Source: Macrostomum hystrix
Taxonomy: Eukaryota > Animalia > Platyhelminthes
Assembly: GCA_950097015.1 (NCBI GenBank)
Contig: CATNEN010000039.1
Coordinates: 7,378,001-7,442,000 of the forward strand
Length of the DNA: 64,000 bases
Direction: 5' to 3'
Shown: positions 27,701 through 38,584 of the stretch, in pieces
How the letters are laid out: each line of letters begins with the position of its first letter
Position numbering within the stretch: the stretch's first letter is position 1
The notes under the pieces: generated by a model
What the model saw: only the letters and a program-made list of their open reading frames with translations
Databases searched by the model: none
Told to the model about the DNA's origin: nothing
Program-made: the position numbers and the translations under genes

Positions 27701-30700
27701 ACTGCAGTCCCAGTATCAACTGGAGCTCCTGAATCGACACCAATGCCTGGATCGATTACAGCACCTGGATCGACAGCAGCTCCAGGATCGACAGCAGCTC
27801 CCGTATCGACTGCAGCTCCTGGATCGACGGCCGCTCCTGGATCGACTTTTGCTCCTGGATCGAGTGCACCTCCTGGATCAACTGCAGCTCCGGGATCCAC
27901 TGCAGTCCCAGGATCAACTGGAGTTCCTGGATCGACAGCGGCTACGGGATCGACAGCAGCTCCTGGATCCACTGCAGCTCCGGGATCAACAGTATCTCCA
28001 GGATCGTCACCAATGCCCGGATCGACTGCAGCTCCTGGATCGACCGCAGTCTTAGGATCGACAGCAGTCTTAGGATCGACAGCTGCTCCTGGATCGACTG
28101 CAGCTCCTGGGTCGACAGCAGCTCCAGGATTAACAGTATCTCCAGGATCGACACCAATGGCCGTATCAACTGCAGCTCCTGGATCGACCGCAGTCTTAGG
28201 ATCGACAGCTGCTCCTGGATCCACTGCAGCTCCTGGATCCACTGCAGCTCCTGGATCCACTGCAGCTCCTGGATCAACAGTATCTCCAGGATCGTCACCA
28301 ATGCCCGGATCGACGGCAGCTCCTGGATCGACCGCAGTCTTAGGATCGACAGCTGCTCCTGGATCGACTGCAGCTCCTGGATCGACAGCAGCTCCAGGAT
28401 CAACAGTATCTGCAGGATCGACACCAATGCCTGGATCGACTGCAGCTCCTGGATCGACCGCAGTCTTAGGATCGACAGCTGCTCCTGGATCCAGTGAAGC
28501 TCCTGGATCGACGGCAACTCCAGGATCGACAGCAGCTCCGGGATCCACTGCGGTCCCAGGATCAACTGAAGCTCCTGGATCGACTTTAGCTCCTGGATCG
28601 AGTGCACTTCCTGCATCGAGTGCTCCTCCTGGATCGACTGCAGCTCCGGGATCGACAGAAGCTCCTGGATCCACTGCAGCTCCGGGATCAACAGTATCTC
28701 CAGGATCGTCACCAATGCCCGGATCGACTGCAGCTCCTGGATCGACCGCAGTCTTAGGATCGACAGCAGTCTTTGGATCGACAGCTGCTCCTGGATCGAC
28801 TGCAGCTCCTGGGTCGACAGCAGCTCCAGGATTAACAGTATCTCCAGGATCGTCACCAATGCCCGGATCGACGGCAGCTCCTGGATCGACCGCAGTCTTA
28901 GGATCGACAGAAGCTCCTGGATCTACTGCAGCTCCCGGATCAACAGTATCTCCAGGATCGACACCAATGCCCGTATCGACTGCAGCTCCTGGATCGACAG
29001 CAGCTTCTGGATCGACTTTAGCTCCTGGGTCGACAGCAGCTTCTGGATCGACTTTAGCTCCTGGGTCGACAGCAGCTCCTGGATCGACAGCAGCTTCTGG
29101 ATCGACACCAATGCCTGGATCGACTGCAGCTCCTGGATCGACTGCAGCTCCTGGATCGACTGCAGCTCCTGGATCGACTGCAGCTCCTGGATCGACTTTA
29201 GCTCTTGCGTCGACTGCAGCTCCTGGATCGACAGCTGCTCCTGGATCGACTTTAGCTCCTGCGTCGACAGGAGATCCTGGATCGACAGCAGCTTCTGGAT
29301 CGACAGCAGCTTCTGGATCGACAGCAGCTTCTGGATCGACACCAATGCCTGGATCGACTGCAGCTCCTGGATCGACCGTAGTCTTAGGATCGACAGCTGC
29401 TCCTGGGTCGACAGCAGCTCCTGGATCGACCGCAGTCTTAGGATCGACAGCTGCTCCTGGATCGACAGCAGCTCCTGGATCGACTTTAGCTCCTGGATCC
29501 ACTGCAGCTCCCGGATCAACAGTATCTCCAGGATCGTCACCAATGCCCGGATCGACTGCAGCTCCTGGATCGACCGCAGTCTTAGGATCGACAGCTGCTC
29601 CTGGATCGACTGCAGCTCCTGGATCGACAGCAGCTCCAGGATCAACAGTATCTCCAGGATCGACACCAATGCCCGGATCGACAGCAGCTCCGGGATCGAC
29701 AGCAGCTCCTGGATCCACTGCAGCTCCCGGATCAACAGTATATCCAGGATCGACACCAATGGCCGTATCGACTTTAGCTCCTGGATCGAGTGCACCTCCT
29801 GGATCGAGTGCACCTCCTGGATCAACTGGAGCTCCTGGATCAACAGCAGCTCCTGGATCTACAGCAGGTCTTGGATCCACTGCAGTCCCTGGATCAACAG
29901 GAGTTCCTGGATCGACAGCAGCTCCAGGATCGACGGCAGCTCCTGGATCGACTTTAGCTCCTGGATCGACTCCAATATCGACAGCAGCTCCAGGGTCGAC
30001 AGAATTTCCGGGATCGACTGCAGCTCCTGGAACAACTGCAGCTCCTGGATCATCAGCAGCTCCTGGAACAACTGCAGCTCCTGGATCAACTGCAGCTCCA
30101 GTATCGACGGCAGCTCCTGGATCCACTGCTGCACCTGCCACTACCCCCGCTCTTGTTACGGCAGCTGCTTCTGTAACTGTGACCACTTTCCATACGACCA
30201 CGGTGCCGACCACAACCACCACGGCTGCGCCAGCGTGTTATCCAAGCTACTGCTTGAATGACGGTGTTTGCGTAGTTTCCAACAGTGTTCTAAGATGCAA
30301 TTGCCCGCTGAACAAAGGCGGAGACCGTTGCACCGAGGGTGCGTTCCTTTATTGTTACCTACCACAGTAATTGCGTTTTTGCTTAAAAAAATCACTGCAT
30401 GATACATTCCAGATGCCATCATCACTAAACCCAAGCTAAAGGTGAACAGGCCTTACGAAACAGCTATGGACGATATAAGGAGCTCGGCTGCGTTGAACTT
30501 CTGGAGAGATTTTGTGGCCTTCGTAAGTATTCACTGTAGTGAAGGATGGATACAAAGTGCTGATATTGAGCCGTTCTTTGTTGTGCATCTTATGAAAATA
30601 ACTAATCGAGTCGCCAGCTCTTCGGATTAACGGTTCTGGCCGAATGTCTGATTTTTCCAACCAGATCCAGTGCATTTCATACAACCATACACACGAATTT

Positions 30701-33700
30701 GCTCGGGTCTTCAAAATTTATCAGCACATCACCCGAATGTGCCTGCATCATCTCCGACTTCTTCGGTGGCAATCAAATTTTATCTAGATTGACCTGCTGG
30801 GCTTTCAACAAGTGACACCAGCCAACTATGGACACCCTCATGCAAATTTCTCCTTTTTCGCTGATTAAGCCTCAATAACGGGCGAAGCTCACCCACAGGA
30901 CAATCGCCAGGTCTGTCAGCAAATAATTCACCACCCCGTCCGCGTCAGCACCGTCAGCAGGGTGCCTCCAGCTGGCTATGGAGCCCTAAAGAGACGAATT
31001 TCTCTGCTTTCACAGAACAAGCCTCGATATTATGCGACACTTAACTACTACTTGTTGAAGGTCCATAGCTTCGTCAAAATAAAGTCGGTGACCACCGAAG
31101 TCGGAGATGATGAAAGCACATTCGGTTGAAGTGCTGATAAAGTTTGAAGGACGGGTAAGGCCGCACTGGGGCGCAGTGCAATTATTTTTATAAATGGCAA
31201 AATTAAATATACTGGCTCTTAAGGGAAAGATCAGACCTTCGGCCAGAACCGTTGAATATCTCGACCATCTCGAGTCTTCACGGTTAGAGCCAGTGTTTAC
31301 GGCACTGAGTGCATTGAAAACGGCAGACCGAAGCCGACTAGCCGAGAATAAAATATATGAACAAATAGATAGGGAGAGGCGAAATGGTAACACGAGTAAG
31401 GACGAGCCTAGAGGGTAAGAGCTGAAAAAGAGGAAAGAGAGACGAGCAGCTAGCCAATCAGAGACGAGGGAAAGGAAAGAGAAGTGAAGGTTAGCGAAGA
31501 AGTTAAACAGACAGGGGAGTGACAAGAAAGTACAATAAGACTGCGCGCGAGTGTAGGGGAAGACAGAGAGAAGGGGGAAGCAATGACAGGACTGTTTACT
31601 CGACGTTGGTGTACTTGCGTTGCTCCATTCGGATGCAGCGAAAAAAATTGTCAGGGAGATATTCTACCCTCTATTATTAGTTCCACTGATAAACCCATTA
31701 ACCGCTTCTCTGAATTGCAGTTCCTTGCAGCACTTAGTCGGTCAAGAAATTTGATAATCGGCAGGGCCAGACACGAGCTGACTCTGTTGGTTCTCAGACC
31801 GGGCTCTGTTGAGACCGAGTTCACGCACAAAATAATCACCGAAAATGCCAGCTTAATAACTCAGGAATCTATTGCTCCAGCAATTGAGTCCGGTGTAGCA
31901 AGCCTGGCATCATCGAATGATACGAGCTTCAATTTTTCCGTCAGCAACATATCCACGTCAGGTGAGTTTACTGAGCTGAGAAGGTCAGGTACTTCCAATG
32001 CACAGCTTACAGCAATACCTAAACTTGTAATTAAACTTCAAATATCTGAATGAAACTAATTTCAGAGCCTAACCTGTGCACCAACGGAAGCTGCTCAGCC
32101 TATGCAACTTGCAATAACCACACGTCTAACCTGTCAGCCCTTTGTACCTGCAACCCTGGCTACAGAAGCGATTCCAACAATTCATATCCGGGTTTTCTGT
32201 GCACTCAGCAGTGCGACAATGCATCGTGTGCCGCTGACGAAACATGCAGGGAGAACTCTGGTGGACTTTACACATGTACAAGAATAACAACAAAAGCACC
32301 GATAGAAACCACAGAAGCAATGGTATCCACTGCAGCTCCAGGAACGACAGCAGCAGCTGGATCTACAGCAGCTCCTGGATCCACTGCAGCTCCAGGAACG
32401 ACAGCAGCAGCTGGATCTACAGCAGCACCTGGATCCACTGAAGCTCCAGGATCAACTGGAGCTCCTGGATCGACAACAGGTCTTGGATCGACGGCAGCTC
32501 CAGGATCAAGTGCACCTCCAGGATCGAGTGCACATCCTGTATCGAGTGCACCTCCTGGATCGACAGCAGCTCCTGGATCCACTGCAGCTCCCGGATCAAC
32601 AGTATCTCCAGGATCGACACCAATGCCTGGATCGACTGCAGCTCCTGGATCGACAGCAGTCTTAGGATCGACAGCTGCTCCTGGATCGACTGCAACTCCT
32701 GGATCGACAGCAGCTCCAGGATCAACAGTATCTGCAGGATCGACACCAATGCCCGGATCGACAGCGGCTTCAGGATCGACAGCAGCTCCTGGATCCACTG
32801 CAGCTCCCGGATCAACAATATCTCCAGGATCGACACCAATGCCCGGATCGACTGCAGCTCCTGGATCGACTGCAGTCTTAGGATCGACAGCTGTTCCTGG
32901 ATCGAGTGCAGCTCCTGGATCGACAGCAGCTCCAGGATCGACAGCAGCTCCGGGATCTACTGCAGTCCCAGGGTCAACTGGAGTTCCTGGATCGACAGCG
33001 GCTCTGGGATCGACAGCAGCTCCTGGACCCACTGCAGCTCCGGGGTCAACAGTATCTCCAGGATCGACACCAATGCCCGGATCGACTGCAGCTCCTGGAT
33101 CGACCGCAGTCTTAGGATCGACAGCTGTTCCTGGATCGACAGCAGCTCCGGGATCTACTGCAGTCCCAGGGTCAACTGGAGTTCCTGGATCGACAGCGGC
33201 TCTGGGATCGACAGCAGCTCCTGGACCCACTGCAGCTCCGGGGTCAACAGTATCTCCAGGATCGACACCAATGCCCGGATCGACAGCAGCTCCGGGATCG
33301 ACAGCAGCTCCTGGATCGACCGCAGTCTTAGGATCGACAGCTGTTCCTGGATCGAGTGCAGCTCCTGGATCGACAGCAGCTCCAGGATCGACAGCAGCTC
33401 CGGGATCGACAGCAGCTCCTGGATCCACTGCAGCTCCCGGATCAACAATATCTCCAGGATCGACACCAATGCCCGGATCGACTGCAGCTCCTGGATCGAC
33501 CGCAGTCTTAGGATCGACAGCTGCTCCTGGATCGACTGCAGCTCCTGGATCGACAGTATCTCCAGGATCGACACCAATGCCCGGATCGACAGCAGCTCCT
33601 GGATCAACAGTATCTCCAGGATCGACACCAATGGCCGTATCGACAGCTGCTCCTGGATCGACTTTAGCTCCTGGGTCGACAGCAGCGCCTGTGTCGACTG

Positions 33701-36700
33701 CTTTCCCAGGATCGACAGCAGCTCCGGGATCTACAGCAGGTCTTGGATCCACTGGAGCTCCTGGATCGACACCAATGCCTGGATCGACTGCAGCTCCTGG
33801 ATCGACCGCAGTCTTAGGATCGACAGCTGCTCCTGGATCGAGTGCAGCTCCTGGATCGACAGCAGCTCCAGGATCAACAGTATCTGCAGAATCGACACCA
33901 ATGCCCGGATCGACAGCAGCTCCGGGATCGACAGTATCTCCAGGATCGACACCAATGGCTGTATCGACTGCAGCTCCCGGATCGACTGCAGCTCCTGGAT
34001 CGACAGCAGCTCCTGGATCCACTGCAGCTCCCGGATCAACAGTATCTCCAGGATCGACACCAATGGCTGTATCGACTGCAGCTCCCGGATCGACTGCAGC
34101 TCCTGGATCGACAGCAGCTCCTGGATCCACTGCAGCTCCCGGATCAACAGTATCTCCAGGATCGACACCAATGGCTGTATCGACAGCAGCTCCGGGATCG
34201 ACCGCAGCTCCTGGATCGACTTTAGCTCCTGGATCGAGTGCACCTCCTGGATCAACTGCAGCACCTGGATCGACGGCAGCACCAGGATCGACAGCAGCTC
34301 CTGGATCGACAGCAGCTCCTGGATCGACTGCAGCACCAGGATCGACAGCAGCTCCTGGATCGACAGCAGCTCCTGGATCGACTGCAGCTCCTGGATCGAC
34401 AGTGGTCACGACAACTGCAGTTTTGCCGACTACAGCCCTTGCTTGCGTTCCTAGCAATTGCAAGTTCGGTGGCAGCTGTACCAGTGGATCCAGTTCCTGC
34501 AGTTGTCCTAGAAATCGGGGCGGATTCTTTTGCGAGAAGCGTGAGTGTTATTGACTTTTTAAGTCGGCTGGTTCTCTGTTTTATGATTATTTTGTTGATT
34601 TTTCCAGAGCTAAATACACGCTTGCAAATTATTTTTTAGGTAAAACGACGTTCAACTGTCGCAACCGATTTCCACTTCTCAATTTTGAGAATAGCTGGAG
34701 TGATAATACTCATCCAAGTACATTGGCACTTTGGGAGATCGTGAAGCAAATTGTAAGCTAATTTTGACATTATTTTGAAAGAAAATAACTTGACTAAATG
34801 CAACATTATTTTTTTCAGCTGTTAGCCAGCTTTAAAATGTCTTCGGACGCTGACTTCCGCAGTGCTGACTTCTCTTTGAGCCTTGTCAGCTTTCAGAGCG
34901 GTTCAATTGTAACTGACTATGTATTGGGCATGGCTGTACCGGACACTGCGCCAGTCTACACAATGGACAAACTGAAAGCTGCAATGGACTCTGGCTTAGC
35001 AAATTATAGCTCTAGCAGCAGCTCAAATTACACCATCGAGCCAAACAGCAATGTCACTGGTAGGTTGTGAAATGGTTGTGTTGCGAGACAATTTGACAGA
35101 TTGATTTATATCATTTATATCATTCTCTAGAAGGTTTAGAGAATGATTTTCTCAGCAAATTGGGGTGGGCTGGCGACCAATAATAATAATAATAATTGTC
35201 GCAGGGGTGCGCGCAATTACACATCGATTGGTGACACTAGACCCGCAGCCAGCGAGGAGGCAATTCTGTGATCACACCATTGTATACATCTGCCCTGACT
35301 TTCTCATCGTCAGGCAGTGTGCACTTCACTATGTCATGGAGGTTGGCCCTCGAAGGCGTAAATTGTACGACAAGACCCCAAAGCCTTTTCTCCGCGGCTG
35401 CACCCCAAATGAACGTGGCCTCACAGCGGAATCGAGCTCAGGGACCTTGGTGCGAGGGGCAAACGCGTTAACCGCTCTGCCACTCACCCCTTGGCTGACG
35501 ACTGAGGGGTGAGAAAGGGCAAATGGAGAAATAATGAGCCAGCAGCTAGCAGAGAATGAGTAGAGAACAAATAGTCGAGTCAGAATTAGCCGCATAGGCT
35601 TACCGGATTAAAATATTATCTGCGTGAAACTCGTCTAGGTTTCAAACTTAACGCTCATTCAAACTGCTTTTCCAGCCTACTTATACTGCAGCAATGGCCC
35701 GTGGCCTTGTTCGAAGTTCGCCAACTGCACGGATTTGACCGCCAACAGCACCTACGACTGCACCTGCTTTAGCGGCTTCCGCGACGAGGACACGAGCGTC
35801 AAGGGCACAAAGTGCACGGAGGAGTGCAACAGCTCGGCAGTCTACTGCTCCGGCAACGGCGTCTGCCGCACCAACGCCTACTCACGTGCCAGCTGCCAGT
35901 GCTTCAGTGGCTACTCAGGAGAAGTCTGTGAGATCGTGTCACTCAGCCAGCCAGTACTTGCCATTGTCATTGTTGTGCCAATCCTGTTCGTCATCATCGT
36001 GGTGGTGATTGCCGTTGTGGTGTACATGTACAGAAAGCAGGGCCGCTTCAAGCGGGCCATGTTCGACTCGATCAGCCAGATGGGCGGCGCCGGCGTCAAC
36101 GGCGAGAACGGCGAGGACGGCGTTGAGTACTTCCATCCGATGCCGCCGAGCAGCGCCGGATCGCTGAAGAACTCGGTAAGAGAACGCCAGATTCTGCCGA
36201 TTCCGCTGACTCCTAAGCACAAACCCCATGGTGCTCGACTTGAGCACACTGTAGAAACTAAATTTAACGAAACAATTCCATCCCACCGAACAATTCAGGT
36301 GCGAATTCCGCGAGCCAGGCTAGCTGGCCCCGAGGTCGAGGGCATGTACCGTCCGGAGCGAGCCGAGAGCGGACTCAGCTCCGAGGAGCCGTACGCCTTT
36401 GAGCAGCCGACTGGCTTCAACTATCCCTATAAGCGCTATTCTGATACCACGTTCCGCAGCGGTGGACCGGTAAGGATGAACGCCTTTGGAAGGCAAAAAA
36501 AGCTCTTGCAAAATTATCCCCTCATTTAACTGCGTATCTAGTTAGAAAATTTTACCTGGTTTAAATTGCTTAGTCATTACCCATCAGAACAGTGGCTAAG
36601 CCAGGGTTTTTGTCAAGGTGGTCTGCCGCGCCTCTTGGGGCGCCACTACCCGTGGGGCGCCACTACCCGTGGGGCGCCACTACCCGTGGGGCGCCACTCA

Positions 36701-36944
36701 GCTACTCAGGTTTATCTGCCGATTAGGGGGGCACGGCCCCCCTTGCCCCCCTGTCTACACCCCTGTATCAAATAGCTAATTATCCCCCGTTAAGAAATTT
36801 TCCCACCTCAGTTGGTAAATCCCTGATCTATTCGTTAATCGAAATGTTTAGTTCAAGTCAACAACAAAGCAATTGATTCCGAACGATTTCTCGCAATTGC
36901 AGGGACCGTCAAGAATGGACGACGATGGCAGGCACTACTTTTGA
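12665..36944 (+). CDS. Mucin A: giant type I transmembrane mucin (about 7,016 aa) with three PTS-EGF-SEA-EGF cassettes; membrane-proximal part is MUC13/MUC3-12-17-like
   Basis: Exons reconstructed with GT-AG junctions and consistent phases: 12665-12731, 13000-23040, 23115-23224, 23295-23535, 23640-30338, 30413-30522, 31721-31961, 32066-34540, 34640-34752, 34819-35059, 35676-36175, 36299-36469, 36903-36944 (sum 21,051 nt, divisible by 3). Signal peptide MRPGGMRLRRLLLLLWIACFIWG; Ser/Thr/Ala/Pro repeats; 6-Cys EGF domains; SEA domains with PGSVE, PGSVE and SGSIV; TM VLAIVIVVPILFVIIVVVIAVVVYMY followed by RKQGRFKR. Confidence 0.85.
13000..23040 (+). CDS. Mucin A exon 2 (10,041 bp): 16-aa PTS repeat ETSTAASTVASSSPH[M/V/I], then 6-aa GSTAAP repeats, then EGF
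   Basis: ORF 13029-23072; EGF CYPSYCLNDGVCVVSNSVLRCNCPLNKGGDRC; donor G|GTGCGT at 23041. Confidence 0.9.
23115..23535 (+). CDS. Mucin A SEA domain 1 (exons 23115-23224 and 23295-23535)
   Basis: DAIITKPKLKVNKPYETAMDDIRSSAALNFWRDFVTF|FLAALS...LRPGSVETEF; canonical gtaagt and gtgagt donors, cag acceptors. Confidence 0.85.
23640..30338 (+). CDS. Mucin A exon 5 (6,699 bp): EGF + 4-Cys module + (GSTAAP)n PTS + EGF
   Basis: ORF 23624-30370; acceptor tttcag|ag at 23640; 3' end is essentially identical to the 3' end of exon 2. Confidence 0.9.
30413..31961 (+). CDS. Mucin A SEA domain 2 (exons 30413-30522 and 31721-31961)
   Basis: Near-identical copy of the SEA1 exons (110 and 241 bp); the intervening intron is expanded from 70 to 1,198 bp. 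Confidence 0.85.
30566..31685. mobile_element. About 1.1 kb insertion (probable TE fragment) in the duplicated SEA intron
   Basis: Absent from the paralogous 70-bp intron 23225-23294. Flanked by ctgata on both sides (30560-30565 and 31686-31691), a possible target-site duplication. Family not recognised. Confidence 0.55.
32066..34540 (+). CDS. Mucin A exon 8 (2,475 bp): EGF + 4-Cys module + (GSTAAP)n + EGF
   Basis: ORF 32050-34554; EGF CVPSNCKFGGSCTSGSSSCSCPRNRGGFFC; donor C|GTGAGT at 34541. Confidence 0.9.
34640..35059 (+). CDS. Mucin A SEA domain 3 (exons 34640-34752 and 34819-35059)
   Basis: RKTTFNCRNRFPLLNFENSWSDNTHPSTLALWEIVKQI|LLASFKMSS...FQSGSIVTDY; clearly homologous to mucin B exons 46484-46596 and 46702-46942. 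Confidence 0.85.
35180..35490 (-). mobile_element. tRNA-derived SINE, family B, copy 1 (intronic)
   Basis: The minus strand starts ggggtgagtggcagagcggttaacgcg... with A and B boxes and ends in an (att)n tail. A second copy lies at about 57865-58220 on +. Confidence 0.8.
35676..36944 (+). CDS. Mucin A C-terminal exons: EGF-EGF-TM (35676-36175) and cytoplasmic tail (36299-36469, 36903-36944, ending GPSRMDDDGRHYF*)
   Basis: Two 6-Cys EGF domains, a 26-aa hydrophobic helix and a basic stop-transfer segment; gtaag donors at 36176 and 36470; AATAAA at 37247-37252. Confidence 0.8.
36590..36765. mobile_element. Short hAT-like MITE with an internal 17-bp repeat (ggggcgccactacccgt, about 3.5 copies)
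   Basis: Imperfect TIRs cagtggctaagcc... and ...gtctacacccctg; G/C-run subterminal motifs; GC-rich island within an AT-rich intron. Confidence 0.55.
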
Positions 36945-37713
36945 AATTCGAATTCTGAAAACGTTCCGGTTTTTATTGCGAGTTTTTTGCCCTTTGTTAA
37001 AATGAGTTCTGTCGGCATAAACTTACCAGGATGAAAGTATTTTGCACAGCGCAGCCGATTGTTCTTTCGATACGAATACAATAGCGTTGACAATTCTATG
37101 ACTTCGTGATTTTGTGCCTCAATTTTATAAAATTGATTTTGGTAAAACTCTGTTCAAAATTGTAACTTATCGCTTTCAACAAAACTTTTCAACTTAAGAT
37201 GATGTAAAGAAACTTTAAAAAGAGTTTCAAAGGATACTTATTTTAAAATAAAGAAAGCATTCAGAAATTATATTATTACATCAGTCTTGCAACCCCTTCA
37301 TTTTATCCTGCTGGCTGGATTTCAAATACGTTGCCACTGACAAAAACAATTTGTTAACCAAATAATTTGCCTCAACTCACAGATAATTATTTACTCGTAC
37401 TTTTTTGTTTTAATTAACTCAATTCCGATTTTCCTGACGGCAAGTTGGACCAAATCAAATATACAAGCCAACAGCGAGGTGAACGAAGTTTTTCGTACGA
37501 CTCCTTCATTTTCATATGTTTTAGCTATAAAGCTTATTGTTTTTAATTGAACTCGGCCTGTTCCACCTGTTTGGCATGGTGTGTTCAATTTCTGGGTGTT
37601 GAAATGATCACCTGTTACTAATCTCAACTGATTCATAATTTTATTTTTAAATATTTTTATCGTTAAACTCTCGCCACTCGCTACTTCCAGTAAGGCCAGG
37701 TCTTCAGAGTTTA

Positions 37714-37955
37714 GTAACAGTAAATTTTACCACGCTATTTTCCCACTGGGGAAGACCACGGGGCTATTTCAAATACACACCGCCTACTTTACGACAGCTC
37801 CCAAACCGAATGACCGATTTTCATCAAAGTCCGCCATGTGGAAAAAAAATTTACGCCCTTTACGGTGAACTAACTTTCAAAGCCGTCCGACGTCAGCATC
37901 GTCGATTCTTGTCAAAGACCCTGGTGACAAGGACAACTAACATTTCTCTGTATAA
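37714..37955 (+). repeat. Dispersed repeat, left arm of an inverted pair (partner 38775-38957)
   Basis: Shared blocks tgaactaactttcaaagcc, cgacgtcagcatcgt and tcaaagaccctggtgaca match the reverse complement of 38775-38957. Confidence 0.75.
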
Positions 37956-38584
37956 TACAGTCAATAAAAATATACTTTTTTTGCGATTGAATTCGTCCAA
38001 ACTGCAAAACCTTTCGTCCACTAACGCTTTCTTAATGGGAGCTAAATTTAGATCATTATAGACACCCCGGTCTTTCTACTGCTAAGCAACCGCAAAGCTT
38101 ATTTTCAACCATTTCCACTTTGAATTGTTGCAAAAAATAGAAACTAAAAAGATGAAACAAATTAACTGTCGAGCTGGGAGGGATATAAACACTAGCTTGA
38201 GGTCCAAGCAGACAGGTGTGCTATTATTTAGCTTTTGAACTAACAAAATAGAAGAATGCCAATTAAGGCAGAAACGCCAAACAGGCCGACTTCATAATGA
38301 ATGAGGCATTGTTGTTGTCAATGCATTTTCTAATGGGGGTTATAGCTAGCTCAAGAATGCAGATGATAGAGCTGGGGTCTGTCATCATCTTTCCACTAAA
38401 TACTATTGAACTCAGTTAAGATACCCTGTCTCAGAAGCTCCGACTGACCCTGGTTACTAAGCTGGGCGCGCCCATTGCACAGGACTGTAAACAAGATTTC
38501 ACGAATTCCTTCGCCTTCTTGGCTGGCCTATTTATTGGGCTGGGTCCGTGGAAAATATTTGATTCATTGAGAACCAAAAAGACT

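Noticed and set aside
13297-34639. Many off-frame ORFs (KQLSRSPCVV..., IQELQS..., LDRQQL...)
   Set aside because: Alternative-frame shadows of 48-bp and 18-bp coding repeats.
12665-36944. Identity with the known Macrostomum adhesive proteins (Mlig-ap1/ap2) or a named vertebrate MUC gene
   Set aside because: Architecture differs (membrane-anchored SEA/EGF mucin, no Lys/Arg-rich core or vWD/C-type lectin domains seen), and orthology to a specific MUC cannot be shown without a search, so no symbol is given.
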